Assembly (NCBI GenBank): GCA_000934665.2
Contig: KZ538224.1
Span: 186,001-250,000, forward strand
Reading direction: 5' to 3'
Origin: Catajapyx aquilonaris
Lineage: Eukaryota
Length of the DNA stretch: 64,000 nt
A program made the translations under genes and the position numbers. Within the stretch, counting starts at the first letter, position 1; each line of letters begins with the position of its first letter. Positions 63,579 to 64,000 of the stretch are shown here, piece by piece. The notes under the pieces were generated by a model that saw only the letters and a list, made by a program, of their open reading frames with translations, ran no database searches and was not told where the DNA came from.

Positions 63579-64000
63579 CTGCAGGTGAACAGATAAAGGA
63601 TATTGTTAGCAAGGTTACGAAACAATACCGTGTGAGACAAAAGTCAGCTCAGATTCTTATACAATACCTGACCTGTTCTGGTTGGGCTATACCAGACTTT
63701 TAAAGGGTCTTTGTGTAGCTCTAGTTAATTACACAATTCCGGTTGGCTGCAGGCGATTAGCAAGATGGGAGCAAAAAAAGGGGGGCTGCGAAAATACGGG
63801 CAACATGATGCAAAAGAGTGTCTCGAGGCGACATCATCTAGCTTTACCCGAGACGTCGTCTGAGGCAGCCTCGTTTACTTAGCCTTCTCCCACTCCATTA
63901 TAAAGCGAATAACCCGGGGAAACCTCGTTACCGAATTACCAACAAAAGAGTAAAAAAGGAGCAAGTTCAGGGCGTCGTTAAGTTATCTCGGTGTTGCCAT

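Noticed and set aside
63600..64000. Ddr signal-peptide exon
   Set aside because: The minus-strand ATG frames checked hit stops before any phase-1 donor; the exon probably lies beyond the window.
1..64000. tRNA, rRNA, snRNA or intact transposase/RT genes
   Set aside because: No cloverleaf with A/B boxes, rRNA motifs or DDE/RT motifs seen by eye; a covariance-model search would be needed to exclude them fully.

Overview
Eukaryotic (arthropod-like) genomic DNA with short GT-AG introns, microsatellites and one N gap. Most of the six-frame ORF track is noise because the real genes are spliced. By hand I reconstruct three things. (1) A minus-strand discoidin domain receptor tyrosine kinase gene (Ddr): 17 coding exons from 63578 to 27135, with the signal-peptide exon upstream of the window; its kinase has DVA in place of DFG. 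(2) A head-to-tail pair of diverged five-exon paralogues at 712-2161 and 2423-5206 with identical intron phases, whose C-terminal halves resemble the FAM47 family (from recalled motifs, not a search). (3) A possible convergent last exon at 520-665. The region from about 5.3 to 25.3 kb has no recognisable coding gene. It and the Ddr introns carry several MITE/foldback elements, palindromes and simple repeats. No tRNA, rRNA, CRISPR array or intact transposase was seen.
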